A DNA stretch of 64,000 nucleotides. Origin: Tubiluchus corallicola. Its lineage: Eukaryota > Animalia > Priapulida. The stretch is taken from assembly GCA_030141605.1 (NCBI GenBank), contig JAQGDQ010000016.1:1242282-1306281 (forward strand). The letters are read 5' to 3'. Both the position numbers and the translations under genes were made by a program. Every line of letters starts with the position of its first letter. Within the stretch, counting starts at the first letter, position 1. A model generated the notes under the pieces. It was not told the DNA's origin. It saw nothing but the letters and a program-made list of their open reading frames with translations, and made no database searches. Below, one piece after another: positions 1 through 14,068 of the stretch.

Positions 1-87
1 AATCGTTTCTCGATGTTAATTTTCTGTGAATTTCATTTAGCTTATATGTTTGTGCAAAAAACTTAATGGCCATTTTGTTTTTTCTTT

Positions 88-127
88 GCAACCGAAAGGC
101 CTGTGGTTCGAATCCAGACTGCATCCG
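88..127 (+). repeat. tRNA-derived SINE head fragment
   Basis: B-box GGTTCGAATCC preceded by an anticodon-arm-like segment; no A box or acceptor stem. Confidence 0.35.
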
Positions 128-438
128 ACTTTTTCACATTTGCTGTCGGATAGATTGGTTTGAAAAATTCAATAATTATTTGTTTATTCATCAATAATCT
201 GTTAGCATTAAGCGACCTCGGAATTCTGCTCCTATCGAACCTAAGTAGATATGGACGTAAAGATAAACGTGTGGGCGGAACATAATTTCGACAGGCAGAC
301 AGACAAGCGGGCAGGCAAACAGATAAATAAATAGATAGCCTAACAGACGAAGTAGTTAAAACGAATTAGTTACATGTAATTAAGTAATTAGTAACGAGGT
401 CTATATGATCATTGCAACCTGCATCTTTATGATTTATA

Positions 439-846
439 TTTAGTAATCGAATGTGGAAACTTTTCCAAGTCTATAATTCTGAATGCTGCAAGAAGAAATT
501 ATTGAAGTCTCGTAATCTAATCTATCTCTACACTTTAACAAGTTTAAAAATTACGACGAAAGAGTTAAGATCGGTTTAGTAATCGAATGTGGAAATTTTT
601 CCAAGTCTATAATTCTGAATGCTGTAAGAAGAAATTATTGAAGTCTCGTAACCTAATCTATCTCTACACTTTAACAAGTTTAAAAATTACGACGAAAGAG
701 TTAAGATCGGTTTAGTAATCGAATGTGGAAACTTTTCCAAGTCTATAATTCTGAATGCTGTAAGAAGAAATTATTGAAGTCTCGTAACCTAATCTATCTC
801 TACACTTTAACAAGTTTAAAAATTACTACGAAAGAGTTAAGATCGG
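439..846. repeat. Tandem repeat, 3 x 136 bp
   Basis: TTTAGTAATCGAATGTGGAAA... starts at 439, 575 and 711; copies differ by only a few substitutions. Confidence 0.95.
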
Positions 847-2582
847 TACCAATGCGCAAGCTAATAATTCGTAAGCAAACTGTTAATGCGTCGACTTCAT
901 GAATTCTTAACTTATTTCATGTTTTCCCTATAATCATCGTCATTTACGTCCAGCTTATATACAAATTTAATGTACATTTATTCTCTTGGGAAATTTGGGT
1001 TACTTGCACCTATAATACCCGATAACATTTGGGTTCTTCACAGCTATCATTACAGAGTCTTCGTAAATACTGTATGAAAAATTAACGAAGATTACGCTGT
1101 CTCTATTTCGTGTAATTATTTCGTTAAACACCTCTAAGGCTATAACGCCGCATAAGAATATTAAGTGACATCTTCAGTCATTTCTAAATTACCAAAACTT
1201 TAGCAGTAAATTAGAATAGAGTCGGAATTTGTTTAAAATTAACATAAATTGCATTTACTTGAATTTAATTACGTTATATTTCATTCCGTTCGTTACGTTA
1301 CGTTCCGTGTTGTCATATCACGTACACACGCTACATTATGTAGCATTACCGGTACAGCAAAGCATTTTTTTAGAATTTTGACGGCAAACTTGCCTACTGC
1401 TGACTGTGCACGTTTGTGTGTAACTGCACAGATCTAAATCTCATCAGAGCTTTGAGCTAACTGCATGTGCAAGAACAACATGATGCAGCAACATAACATT
1501 AAATTCTGTTCTATTCGTCACTTTCGTTGTGTACAATATGATACAATCTCTATTAATAATAACTGTGCGATAATTACTTTTTCGCGTGATAAATGAATTT
1601 TTTGTTGGACGTGCTGAATCTCTCGTCTAAGAATTCCTCTTTATTTTGTTTCGTTGTTTCCATGGTGTGTCCACACTATTCAGGGTACAGGGCGTAATCT
1701 CTTCTGCGAGATATGATCGTCTCCAAAGCGCATCCGTCTTCTAAGCGTTCTGATGGATAACATTTTTTACTTTCTTTTACTCTTTCTCGTGTAGTTTTGT
1801 TTCCATTCCTCTTCTTTTTGTTGAGTCCATAGCCACAATGTACATTTGTTCAAATAACCCATTAGCACTTTTGCATCATTTGACTAAATAATTTCTTGTA
1901 GTGGCATAGTTCACTTTGTCGTAACATATTCAAGCATATTCTCAGTAGTATCATCTTCATTTTTATACACTGGACTCTCGTCTTCTTTGAACTGACTGTT
2001 CTAATACTTCTTGAGTAGCAACATATTTAATTTAATTTTTATCAACACCCCTTCTAGTGCTATTCCTAGACAGCTTATGATAGCTGATTACGTAATTAAC
2101 AGCAGAGCTGTGGCAATACGATATTAATAACAGTAACTCCATACAATTTTTTATTTTGCCAAGTTTATAAGGTACAAATTTTAAATACCTTGACTTTGTT
2201 TTAACCCCTCCTGTCCTAACCAGATCTTTCACCTATAGTGTCGTATTAGTCATCGCCTCTATATTGTGTAATAGGCTTGTAAATAGCGCCAATAAAAGCA
2301 ATATTCCGAAGAACATCAGTCCCTAATTATTGTATTGCGTTACTAATATTACATACGTTATTGTCAACTGCTGTGCAGTTAATTATGCAGTAAACCATAG
2401 TGGCATGGTTATATACAGTCTATAGATACAATATAAGTGCACAGTATATGTTTTTACAACGACCTCTATGGCGATAACCACAAAAGCGGTAACAGTATCA
2501 ACAAGAATACTGAAGGTGACAAATATAGCGACAACGGAAACTACAAGGACAAGAGCAACAAAACCAATAACATAAACCGTTG

Positions 2583-2766
2583 CACAACAACAACAACAAC
2601 AACGACGACAACAACAACAACAACAGCAAAAGCAATAGCGGCAACAGCAACGGCAACAACAGCAGCAGCAGTAGCAACAACGATGACGACGACAACAACA
2701 ACAACATGGTTGCACTAGGAGCACCAAAGACAATGATTGTGATGACAGCAATAGCAACAACAGCTA

Positions 2767-2798
<32 letters not shown>

Positions 2799-2820
2799 AC
2801 AACAAAACGGCTGCAGCAGG
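2583..2820. repeat. Compound (AAC)n/(AGC)n microsatellite
   Basis: Directly visible; explains the poly-N/T/C/L ORFs. Confidence 0.9.
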
Positions 2821-3561
2821 AGTAGAAGAAAAAAGAAAAAGAAAAATTAATACCGCCATGGATTGTTGACGCTTTAAAAATAGGCAGCTTTACCATCACC
2901 AACATGAAGACAGCGAGGATGTTTATAATAGATCCTGGTGTTTATTTGACTCCACCTAATTTGTCTGAAGTTAATGGCTCTAATGCAATTGACACCAAGC
3001 GTAAATGAGGGGAGTGCACTGAAAGTGTGTGTGCTCGTTTAGAAATGGCTTGCATTGTGGTTTGAATGAAAAACAAAAGCAAGAAATGAAGCAAATAAAA
3101 CGCTTTTTGCAAACAAGGAAAATGCGTTACAAGGTTTTCTGAGAAACATGTATTGTGTTTTAAAACATAGTACATAGATAAATAGTTAAACCACAGCCCA
3201 AGTTTGGAACACTTGCTTAAACATGCATAATGCGCGTTTGGCAAACTTTGTGAACAAATGCAGCTTGTAACTCTAGTGACGCATCTGCTAAAATTATTAC
3301 TGAACTAGAAAAAGAGCGAGACCACTTTTAATGATTGCCTAATGCAGTCATCTCATTAGGTGCCAAAGGTTTCGTTTAGTACTGACCGTCTCTCGGCTTG
3401 TGTGATAGCTTGTGTTATACTACAACGAACTCTTCTTCAAATAAACAAAACCTAACTAAGCCCTGGAGTCACCCAATGGTGTCCAGTTTTAGTGGAAGTA
3501 TTGGATAACGGCGCCAAAGCCATTTGCTGGAATCTTTGAACTTGTAGTAAACTTAGCCGTA

Positions 3562-3766
3562 ACAAATGATACTGAAGCTTGGCACATATATACTTCGGAC
3601 TACGTAAAAAATGTTGCATGTTGCCAAAAAACTGTTGTAATTGACGGTACAGATAGCCCTGAGTACAGATAGTACAAATGATACTGAAGCTTGGCACATT
3701 TGTACATCGGACTACGTAAAAAATGTAGCATGTTGCCAAAAAACTGTTGTAATTGACGGTACAGAT
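3562..3766. repeat. Tandem duplication, period 112 bp
   Basis: ACAAATGATACTGAAGCTTGGCACAT...TTGACGGTACAGAT occurs at 3562 and 3674. Confidence 0.9.
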
Positions 3767-4998
3767 TGTTCAATACAAAAACAGAATTATAACTTTCACT
3801 GATTAGTTAAAATGATCAGAGGTTTCATGTGACCAGCCATATCGAAAATATAGTTCCCAACAAAATAAAATTTACTGTGTTGATGTAAATAGTCCACAAA
3901 GTTGCTCTTCGTGAATTCAAAATACTTTGATAGTAAACCGACGCCTCTGAAGCTCCTTCCCAGGGGATTTCCTTTTATAATGAGGTTCTGTTTCCATATT
4001 AAGACCGCCTCTACCTGCCATTACGGGAAGGACAGTGCGATGAAATATGTTAGGTGGCGCAAAAAACGTGCCGATACTTTGATCACGGAATCGCTTGAAA
4101 GTTACCACACAGATGGTACAGACGTTTGTGTGATAATATCAGAAATTTTTGGTCATTCATATAATTATAATTTTTCCAAAGATACAAAAGTCTGAAAACA
4201 GGAAGTCAAAAAAGTAAATACCGGAAAAAATTGTGTTACTGTTGTTAAACTTACCGACAATGCTCTACGTGTCCACCATTTAGCTGCAAACTAAACGAAG
4301 GCGTTCCTTCCGACAGCTGACACAATTTCTACCTTCTTTAATTAAGGGGTACTTGATCCCACCTGCTCAACAATTTTTGCTCTTAGTTTCTCTGAATCAA
4401 ACGGCTCTGTATGACCGTCGCATACGCTGGAAATTCAAGATACTTTAGTTTAGTTCAGGATTAAGTTTAATTTTTTTATTTGACAGCAAATCCTTATCAA
4501 TATTTTACTATAGCCCAGGATGTAAAATGAGCTAACATTGTTCTGGCATTTAAATATTTGACGTACAAAAGATTTTCGGCCATGGCTTAAAACTATACAC
4601 TTGCAACTCTCACAACCAAAAGTCAATGCATTGTAGTACCAAGCTGTTAAACTTCATCTTTGTAGAGAACCTGCTTCTACTGTACTGTAGTTTAAATTTT
4701 GGTATTTTTCTGCGCCAGCAGATGAAAAAGACATTTGAAATTGTTCACTTGGCTGAAATTAAGGTTTTGGAAATTGAAGAGCTACTGTTGAAGAGAAGGA
4801 TCAAGCCAAAGAACTGGATAAGGATGTTGCTGAATATGACAATTAAAAGAATCAAATTTATCTATTGCTGCCTTCATTGATAACAACTGGGTTACCATCT
4901 GAGAATTTGCTGTTTGCAACAAACTGTAAACATTAATTACAAAGGGAAATGACAGGTCGGCAACTAGAAGTTTTTTACACATGGAGTTCATACATGGT

Positions 4999-5282
<284 letters not shown>

Positions 5283-6634
5283 GTAAGTGTTTACTGAATA
5301 TTTGCTGTGCAATTTAGTGAATAATTTATAGCATAACGAGTAGTATACCAGCAATTACAACGTCACTTAGCTTGGTTGGATCATTAATCTCCAATCTGCA
5401 ACAACTATTATATGCGAGATTATGCCAAGTAAACAGCAATCATAGGGCTATAAATGAAGACTGTGTGAACATAATGGTAAAACCAACGCACTCATCCAGA
5501 ACATTTAGCTGAATTGCTTGACCAAAAGTTCCTTTGGTTTAAATTGAAGTACTAAAATACCGATAAGAAACGGCAAAAGGAAAAAATCCATAGTAATTAT
5601 TTAGGTAAGTTGACTGCTGCTGCATGTGCAAACGATAACGACAACAATAACAACAAGAGCAGCAATAACAACAACAGCAGCAACAACAACATCAACAACC
5701 TTGAAGTCAACATTTAACACTATACGTAGATAACAATGATCATTCATCTTTACATTTGAATCTGACTTTCACTCAAATTACAGACTTGCAGTATAATTAT
5801 TTTCCCATTGTGCTTCTGTGAGAATGACCTTTATTATGATTTTTAGTTCTACTACTGACAATTCTTTTAATCACTGCCATGCCTCAGGTGTCATGATTAA
5901 ACGATGACTCGCTCGCTTTACCATACAATCAGGTCTGTCACAGAAACGTGATCTTTTACACAAGTGTGGTAATTTAAAATAATCAGTGCGTTCAGATGAA
6001 AGTATTAAACTTCAGGTGTAGGGTTGATGAAAGGAGAGTGAAACAAAGCGTTATAATATTGTGAACATCGTGTAGTAAATCGTACTGAATGCAGCTGATA
6101 TTCTAGCTGCCGTTGGTGTTAAAAATTTAAACAGCATAATTAAAAATGGTGGCTGAATAAGGTCATGGGGCGTTAGTGGCAATGATGGTGTTGTTGGCGT
6201 TGATGTTTGTGTTAGTTGCGGTGCCACATGGCAGTGCATATTGATTATGAGAGTGATGATGATGACGACGACGACGACAATGATGATAACTTTAGGATGT
6301 TTCGGAACTTGCAGTGTGACTACAACCGACGAGTATTGACAACTGACTGCTTTATCGACGTTTGGTTAAGCGACGTATCGACTCTTCAGTTAGTTTTTTA
6401 AATTTTGCAAAATACGGTCGCGTCTCTGAATTCAAATGAGATCTGCATCAGAAGTGTCTGAGCTTCACAAAAATGATAATTTTATTTCTATGATTGTCTA
6501 CAGCACACCCACACACAGAGGAGCAAAAACTTTAATGGTTCCCAGTTTATTTCACTTACACGTGCCTAGAAGTATATACAGCTCAGTTGCTCATTGTCCC
6601 AATGGTTGACTATATTTTTAGCAGGAAACTGCAA

Positions 6635-6880
6635 ACTGCAACAACAACAATAGCAACGGTAGTAACAACAAAAATAACAACAACAACGATAAAACAACAA
6701 TAACGACAACAGCCGCAGCCCTTGCTATGAAACTAGCGTTTTTTTATAATTTGACAATAGTGCAAGTGTCAACGGGCAGAATCTATTTAATTTAGATGGT
6801 TGTGGCAAAAAGAGAGCCTGATTTATCACCAAGGTTACGCATCTAAGTTGAGGCACTAAATTGGCAGAGATATTTTAGAC
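6635..6880 (-). mobile_element. 5'-truncated copy of the SINE at 7755-8330, inverted
   Basis: 6715-6880 is the approximate reverse complement of 7905-8075; its microsatellite tail extends leftward. Confidence 0.7.
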
Positions 6881-6958
6881 ATGTTCAAATGTGAATGCGA
6901 ATTTTCTTCAATCTTTTTACTTTACTGTTTTAAACATTTCAATAATTATTCTTGTCGT

Positions 6959-7715
6959 TAGGACCGGCTTTACCACCAGGCAAACTAGACGGGTTGCCTA
7001 GGGCACCATTTTCTTAGAGGGGAGGGGCTCAAAATTCTGGAAGTGATTCCTTATTTTTAAGTTTAGTATAAGCAATAACATAGTGATTGACACGTTACCA
7101 AGTTCTTGTCCACAGTTTATATTGTAGGCATAGGGCAGCAGCCAAAGTAACGACTCCTTTCCTTAACAGAAAAGTTCCTTGCATTAGCATTTATCTAATC
7201 GTGGCAGATAGACTTGTAAGAGTCGAAGCTTTCAGTAGCATAATACACGAAACAAAAAGTAAAAGAAGCTGGTGGACAGTGAACAGCAACAAAATCTTAA
7301 AAGAGAGTATTTACAACCAGACCAGAGTTATATGGTTGTGAAGATGATGATGCTAATGGAATGGACGTATGTGAAAAAGAGGAGTCAGAAGACTCAGTCA
7401 CTGTTCTCTGATGATAAGGCTGAAGGAAAATCTAGCCATGAATATGAACATGAAGGCTGCGCGGCTGAAATTGTAGAAATATTGATTGCTCGTGAAGACC
7501 CAGGACGTACAATGATGTCAATTTCAAATGTAGTTGTAGAGTGGTAGTTAACTTCAGTTAATCAGTACACAATAATGTATAGGCCCAACACACAAGTACC
7601 ATTAATACTTTAATATATACAACAAAAACACAATTTTGTAGTGGTTGTATGACGTATGTGTGGGGGATTAAAAATACTTTTGGCTAGGGCGTCAAATGAC
7701 CTAGAACCCGCCCAA
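6959..7715. mobile_element. Non-autonomous hAT-type element (MITE)
   Basis: Degenerate CAGGGCCGG-type ends (TAGGACCGGC.../...AACCCGCCCAA) and a near-perfect 8-bp TSD, CTTGTCGT/CTTGTCAT. Confidence 0.6.
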
Positions 7716-7754
7716 CTTGTCATTAAAGCTGACACAAAATTAGCACTTTCAAGT

Positions 7755-8074
7755 GTGATGTATAGCCGAGTGGTCACGGACGGAATGAGCTGTTAGTGAC
7801 CAAAATTAAGAATGGTCAGTCGAAGCTGGTCAGTTAAGGATGGGTGATCACCTGGTTCAATACTTGCTCGGGATAGTTTTGCGATATTGGTTGTTTTCCT
7901 CTTGTGGCTAAAATATCTCTGCAAATTTTTTTAGTGTGTCAACTTAGATGCGTAGCCTTGATGATGAATCAGGCTCTGATCTTGCCACAACCATCTAAAT
8001 TAAATATATTCCACCTTTTGACACTTGCACTATTGTCAAATCATAAAAAACGCTAGTTTTATAGCAGGGGCTGC

Positions 8075-8105
<31 letters not shown>

Positions 8106-8330
8106 TCTGCTGCTACCGTTTTCGCTGTTGTTGCTGCTATTGTTGTCTTATTTTATCGTTGTTGTTGTTATTGTTTTTGTTGTTATATCGTTGCTGCTGT
8201 TGTTTCTGTCGCTATCGTTGTCGTTGTCGTCGTCGTTCTTGTTGTTGTCATTGTCGTTACCATTGTCGCTGTCGCTGTTGTTGTTCCTGTTATTTTTTGC
8301 AATTACTGCTGTTGTTGTTGCCGTTGCTGT
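7755..8330 (+). mobile_element. SINE with chimeric tRNA/5S head and (GCT/GTT)n tail
   Basis: A-box TAGCCGAGTGG at 7763; 5S-like CTGGTCAGTTAAGGATGGGTGATCACCTGG at 7826; body shared with the inverted copy; trinucleotide tail. Confidence 0.6.
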
Positions 8331-8699
8331 GATTTTCTGGAATTTGTGAGTAAATAAAAACCCGCCATTGCTTATGTGTAACTCCATTTTATACCAAACG
8401 TGCTCAGGTGTCACAGTTCTCTCATGTTCTCAATATTCCCATAGCGCACCTGCTAGTGTTTGTGTTGGACCATAAATCAAACTAATTAGCGCGATCGCAA
8501 ATTATTAGCTAGCTACATTGCTTCTATGATGTGCTTAATTAGCTCCTATAGCTCATCTGTTGTATCTACAAATGCAAGATTGCATTATAACTGATTATAG
8601 ATAACAGCGTAGATGGATTTACAATCTGGAACAAAATGTACGTCATAAGCGAAAAGCTACATGGGAGCAAGAAAAGAAGAAAACATCAAGAGAAAAACT

Positions 8700-9610
8700 G
8701 CTTATTTATTTATTTATTCTATTTTAATCACACCCAATAGTAAAATAGAGTCTACAATAAAAACAATATAATATAAAACACGTTGGCAAAGAACATACAA
8801 ATAAAATATTTACAAGAGTGTGGTAAAGACACAAAGATATTAACTGCTTACATGTGTCCGTTGTGTACAAGGAATTTATGCAAGTTAACTTTATATAGGC
8901 GGTTTTTAAATAACTTAATATTTTATGCAGTTACGTGGGGTACACCATCAACATATGCAGGCAGTGAGTTCCAAATCGGTACAACACGATTTGAGAAAAA
9001 TTGACCAAATGATACTTTAGCTCTTCGACGCACGAAAAGCTTGTTTACTGTTAGGATAGTTGCTACAATTAAGTTTAAGTTTATTACACACCAAATGAGA
9101 AGTAAACAATATACATTAAGATACATACATATACATACAAACATATACATCATATAAAAACATGCTATACACATTAAATTACGTACATACACAAAAAGCA
9201 GCATGATAATGAGGGGCGGTGTGGGGGAGACACGAAAAGCAAATGCTTCTTACATGTGCCTGTTAAATACTAAGAAAGCATTTAGATCGACATAATTTAG
9301 TCGCCGTATAAAAAAAGTTTGCATTGCGAGCTTTTGCTAATGGTGCATCATTTACAATTTCTGGTAAACTACTCCAAATCGAAAAAAATGACCAAATATT
9401 TTTAGCAGATCGCTTGACATACATTTTAAGTGAGTTGGTACTTCTTGTCCGACTAGATGTAGCAAATGAGAAAAATTTATCTCTGTCTATATCTACGTCT
9501 TTATGTATGATTTGATAACACAGTATAAATCTTTATCTAACCGTCTTTCCTCTAATGATCTAAGAGTTAGAAAGTTCAATCGTAACGGATTTGACAAATA
9601 AGTAATGTTA
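8700..9610 (-). mobile_element. CR1-clade LINE 3'-end remnants (two adjacent fragments)
   Basis: FFSNRVVPIWNSLP motif (ORF 8923-9204), a second degenerate ORF2 end at ~9240-9600, and an (ATTT)n tail at ~8703. Confidence 0.75.
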
Positions 9611-10479
9611 CCTGCCAGTTTGAATAGTTGGATTCACAGCGTCGATCACCGCAACATATTCTTGGGTTGATACGAAACGCGTAACGATATAAAAATCGCA
9701 TTACGTGACTCAGTGACTCAGTGATACATTAATTAACAACATAGGTAAAACAGTAATAATAACTATTTATGTAACTATGATGTGAAGTTGAAATTGTGAT
9801 TAAAGTGAAAGTTGTCGTGTTTTCAAACTTTCATTTCTTTCCCTTATAACTCTTTTACTTGAATTGAAACTTCATTTAACTTTTTATTGGTAATCTTCTT
9901 ATTGATTATAGCTATAAAATTTTACTGTTTACTTTTTACTCGTGTAGTTATTTCTTGTGCCTAATAAATAAATAATAAATAATAAAAACGGTACTGTGTA
10001 CTGTGTCAGCGTTGACTTCTCTTGCAGCAGCTTTATCTTCAAAGTTATACCCCCCCCCCCCAACCGAAAATATTACAGAGCTGAGCGTATACTGTAACGG
10101 ACCAAGAAATACACAGCAGTCAACATGTCATTTGAACCAATAGCCGTTATGGTTGGCTGTTAGGAACTGCTTACAGCACTTCAATTTGCCGTGTATCATT
10201 TCACATTTGCAACTTAAACTCTGTGAAATAAGCAGTAATTGGAATAATGATATTTTACCCTTAGTGGTAATAACAGTAATGTGCTTGCCCTTGAGGGACA
10301 TTGTGCTTTTATAAGTAGCAGCTAAAATGTTACAACACAAATGGACCGCCGAGTGGCATTAGCAGGCAGAAGATGGCAATCGCGTTGAAGGAAGACAATG
10401 AAGACGAAGAGGTTTAACTTCATCTGCGTCCAGAAGCATTAATCGTAATATCATGAAAGATATACGAAGCTGTCTAGCT

Positions 10480-11600
10480 ACCTACATAGCCACCCACCTA
10501 ACTTCCTGCCTACCCACAGTCTGCCAACCTGCCTACCTACCTATAGGCACATCCTACTTACCTACCAACCCTCTGCCTTCTTACCCACCTACCTACCTTC
10601 CTACCGACTTACCTACCGACCGACTGACCTACCTACCTATACCTAAATGCCTACCTACCTGCCTACTTAGCTGCCTACCTAGATACCTGCTTTGCCTACC
10701 TATATGTACATCCTACTTACCTACCTACGCCCTGCCTTCTTACCTACTTACCTGCCTGCCTACCTACCTATCTACCAACCAACCTACCTTCCTACCCACC
10801 TACCTACCTACCTAACTAACAACCTATTGTTCGTATGCCTGCCTGCCTGCCTGCCTATTCCCTGTTTGTACTATTCCCCTATATACCTGACCAGCTACTT
10901 ACCTACGTATTTACCTACCTGCTTACCTTCTTACATACTACTTAGTACCCACTTACCTACCTGCCTACTTAGCTGCCTACCTAGATACCTGCTTTGCCTA
11001 CCTATATGTACATCCTACTTACCTACCTACGCCCTGCCTTCTTACCTACTTACCTGCCTGCCTACCTACCTATCTACCAACCAACCTACCTTCCTACCCA
11101 CCTACCTACCTACCTAACTAACAACCTATTGTTCGTATGCCTGCCTGCCTGCCTGCCTATTCCCTGTTTGTACTATTCCCCTATATACCTGACCAGCTAC
11201 TTACCTACGTATTTACCTACCTGCTTACCTTCTTACATACTACTTAGTACCCACTTACCTACCTGCCTACTTAGCTGCCTACCTAGATACCTGCTTTGCC
11301 TACCTATATGTACATCCTACTTACCTACCTACGCCCTGCCTTCTTACCTACTTACCTGCCTGCCTACCTACCTATCTACCAACCAACCTACCTTCCTACC
11401 CACCTACCTACCTACCTGCCTACCTAACTAACAACCTATTGTTCGTATGCCTGCCTGCCTGCCTATTCCCTGTTTGTTACTATTCCCCTATATACCTGAC
11501 CAGCTGCTTACCTACGTATTTACCTACCTGCTTACCTTCTTACATACTACTTAGTACCCACTTACCTACCTGCCTAGTGCCTACGTACTTACCCAATAGT
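10480..11600. repeat. (CCTA)n-derived low-complexity array with a 302-bp higher-order repeat (3 copies)
   Basis: Units start at 10652, 10954 and 11256; the ORF-track translations repeat with a 302-nt offset. Confidence 0.93.
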
Positions 11601-13697
11601 GAGGCACATGCTTACTTAACACTAGGGCAGCACAGATCTAAAATTCTTTTGGAGTAAGTCTTACGAAACTGGCTCCACTATAACTTCCTACCTACCTAGG
11701 CAATTACTACTGCCCTGCTTTTCTGTGGTTCCTGCACCTAACGGTTGTCTATAGTTTGGTAAACAATGTGGAAAAGGCATCAACGCATCACTAAATCAGT
11801 ATAGCGATAGATGATTATACGGTCGCGTATGTCAGTCCCTATTCCCCATACCATTCTAAATCTTTTATTACTCGAGATTATACAATCCCCAGTTGATAGG
11901 ATGCGTGTCATACCCAATTTGCTGTGATTAAACTATTCAAGCGACAGATAAGATCGAACAAGAGGCTTACTTCCACAGAAGCGCGCAAGAATAAGTGACA
12001 ATTCTCACATGAATTCGTGAACAAGGCACAGAGTCTATTGGCGTATAATGGTTTTTACATATCAGAAGGTTATTTGTCAAGATGGGTTACCATCCTCATA
12101 AGACATGGCGCCTTTAATCATATTTCCCTTTTAGTAATTGCAATCTTAAAGCAATCAAGCACTTCCTGGATGTGCTTCTGAGTTTTCAAATCTTTTTGAA
12201 CAATTCTGGCGTGCCCTACGTGTCCAGAAATACTAAACGTTATTTTACATCTACAATACTTGGCTGAAACAAATAGTGAAGAAAAATGTTGGATTTTTTA
12301 TTTTCGTTTGCCCGTGCAAGCCGACCAGCATTCAGAATAAAGGCAGCAAACACGATTTGGTAAAAATTACATTCTGTAGTAAACCGGAACTGTTACTGTT
12401 CACAGAGGAATGCTGACCTAGCATTGATCACTAAGTAAATTTATTCTCTATAGTCTTGGGGCTACTACTTAATCCCTGAAGAAGCTTGGGTAGCTTTATC
12501 CAAATAAGGAAAGATTTCTAAAACGGCAGAATTGTCAGATGTTCAAATGCTTAGCAGGTACTAACCAGAACGAGTGCTGCTTCACTTTGAAAAACTTTGA
12601 GGTTATGACGCCAATCTGACTCATCGTGGTACATGTATGTAAATAATGTACTTTCTCAGTATAGTATAGTCTTGGCCTAGTACATGCTTCATACTTAAAT
12701 AATCCATACTAGACCAGTGTACCGTGTAGACCACGTGGTGTACTGCTTGGTTTTTTTTATCTGCCTTAAGCCGTACCACATATATATATACATTGTAATG
12801 TACAATGACTCCTGCTTTTAATCGAGAACAGAGAAAGGAAAGAGTGAATGAGCGAGAGAAGGAAAAAGAAATCAGAGATAGACAAAAGAAATTTAAAATT
12901 CAAAATTTTTAAGAAAAATAAACGTGACTAATTTATTTCTACTGGGAGTCCAGTTGTTCAGAGGCTAAAATTGGACATTGTCCAAAAATCAGATGGATTT
13001 TGGTCAAAATATGCGTGAGGAAGGCGTGATTCCGCGCATATTTTGTATCATTTTTCGAAAAATGGGTTATTTGTACATGGATGGGAACCTAATACGTTGG
13101 TAAACATCAGACGATGATACATTTAATGTACGATCTATAATGTAGTCAGGTACAGGCATGCCACATTGCGTGTACATTATAAATGCACTTTACCTATATG
13201 TTGGTATTAGCAAATTACGAGTAGCGCATTGCGTTAGTGAACCGCCTCCGTTCTATAACTGCGCCGAGGCTTTTGTTTGCTAAACAATTTTTCCCCAGGA
13301 AAATCAAAAAGTTCGTGTAATCTTTTGTCGTGAGATTATTCATACATTCACGCACCTGCATAGTGTATTTGTTTTGAAATAACGCCAGTCTAGCAGGTTC
13401 GTTGTGAAAGAAAATAGCAGCAAAGTTTATTAAATTTTCAGAGGAATTTACGTTATTAGAGTGAAGCCTTTGTACCTTTTAGCTGATAATGTTGTCAATA
13501 TATAGTATTACAAAAAACTTAATCGAGCGCGCAATTCTGATAAGGTTAATTTTCGTGCCAGGACAAGCTACCTCATACTATGCTCCTAAAAATAAAATAA
13601 TATATTCGTTTAATATATTAAGATTAGTTCCAAAGCTTCACAACAGGACTGAGGCATCCAAGGCGTAGCAACAAGAACTTATTTATATAAGGAAGCC

Positions 13698-13700
<3 letters not shown>

Positions 13701-13740
<40 letters not shown>

Positions 13741-13816
13741 TCTTTCTTTCTCTCTCTTTCTCCCCTCTCTCTTTCTCTCTCTCTCTCTTCATCACTCTCT
13801 CTCCCCTCTCTCTCCC

Positions 13817-13867
<51 letters not shown>

Positions 13868-13935
13868 ACTCTCTTTCTCTCTTTCTCTTACTCCCTCCTG
13901 TCTCTCTCTCTTTCTCTCTGTCTCTCTCTCTCTTT

Positions 13936-14011
<76 letters not shown>

Positions 14012-14068
14012 TCTCTCTCTCTGTCTCCTTCTCTCTCTCCCCATTCTCTCCCTTTTATTTTCTCTCTT
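13701..14068. repeat. (CT)n microsatellite
   Basis: Directly visible. Confidence 0.95.

Noticed and set aside
439-846. CRISPR-like array
   Set aside because: Units are 136 bp with no unique spacers, the context is eukaryotic, and there are no cas genes.
9638-9690. Hammerhead candidate GAAACGCGTA
   Set aside because: No recognisable CUGAnGA core.
12473-12502. Hammerhead candidate CTGAAGA-AGCT...AGCT
   Set aside because: No GAAA after stem II and no stems I or III.
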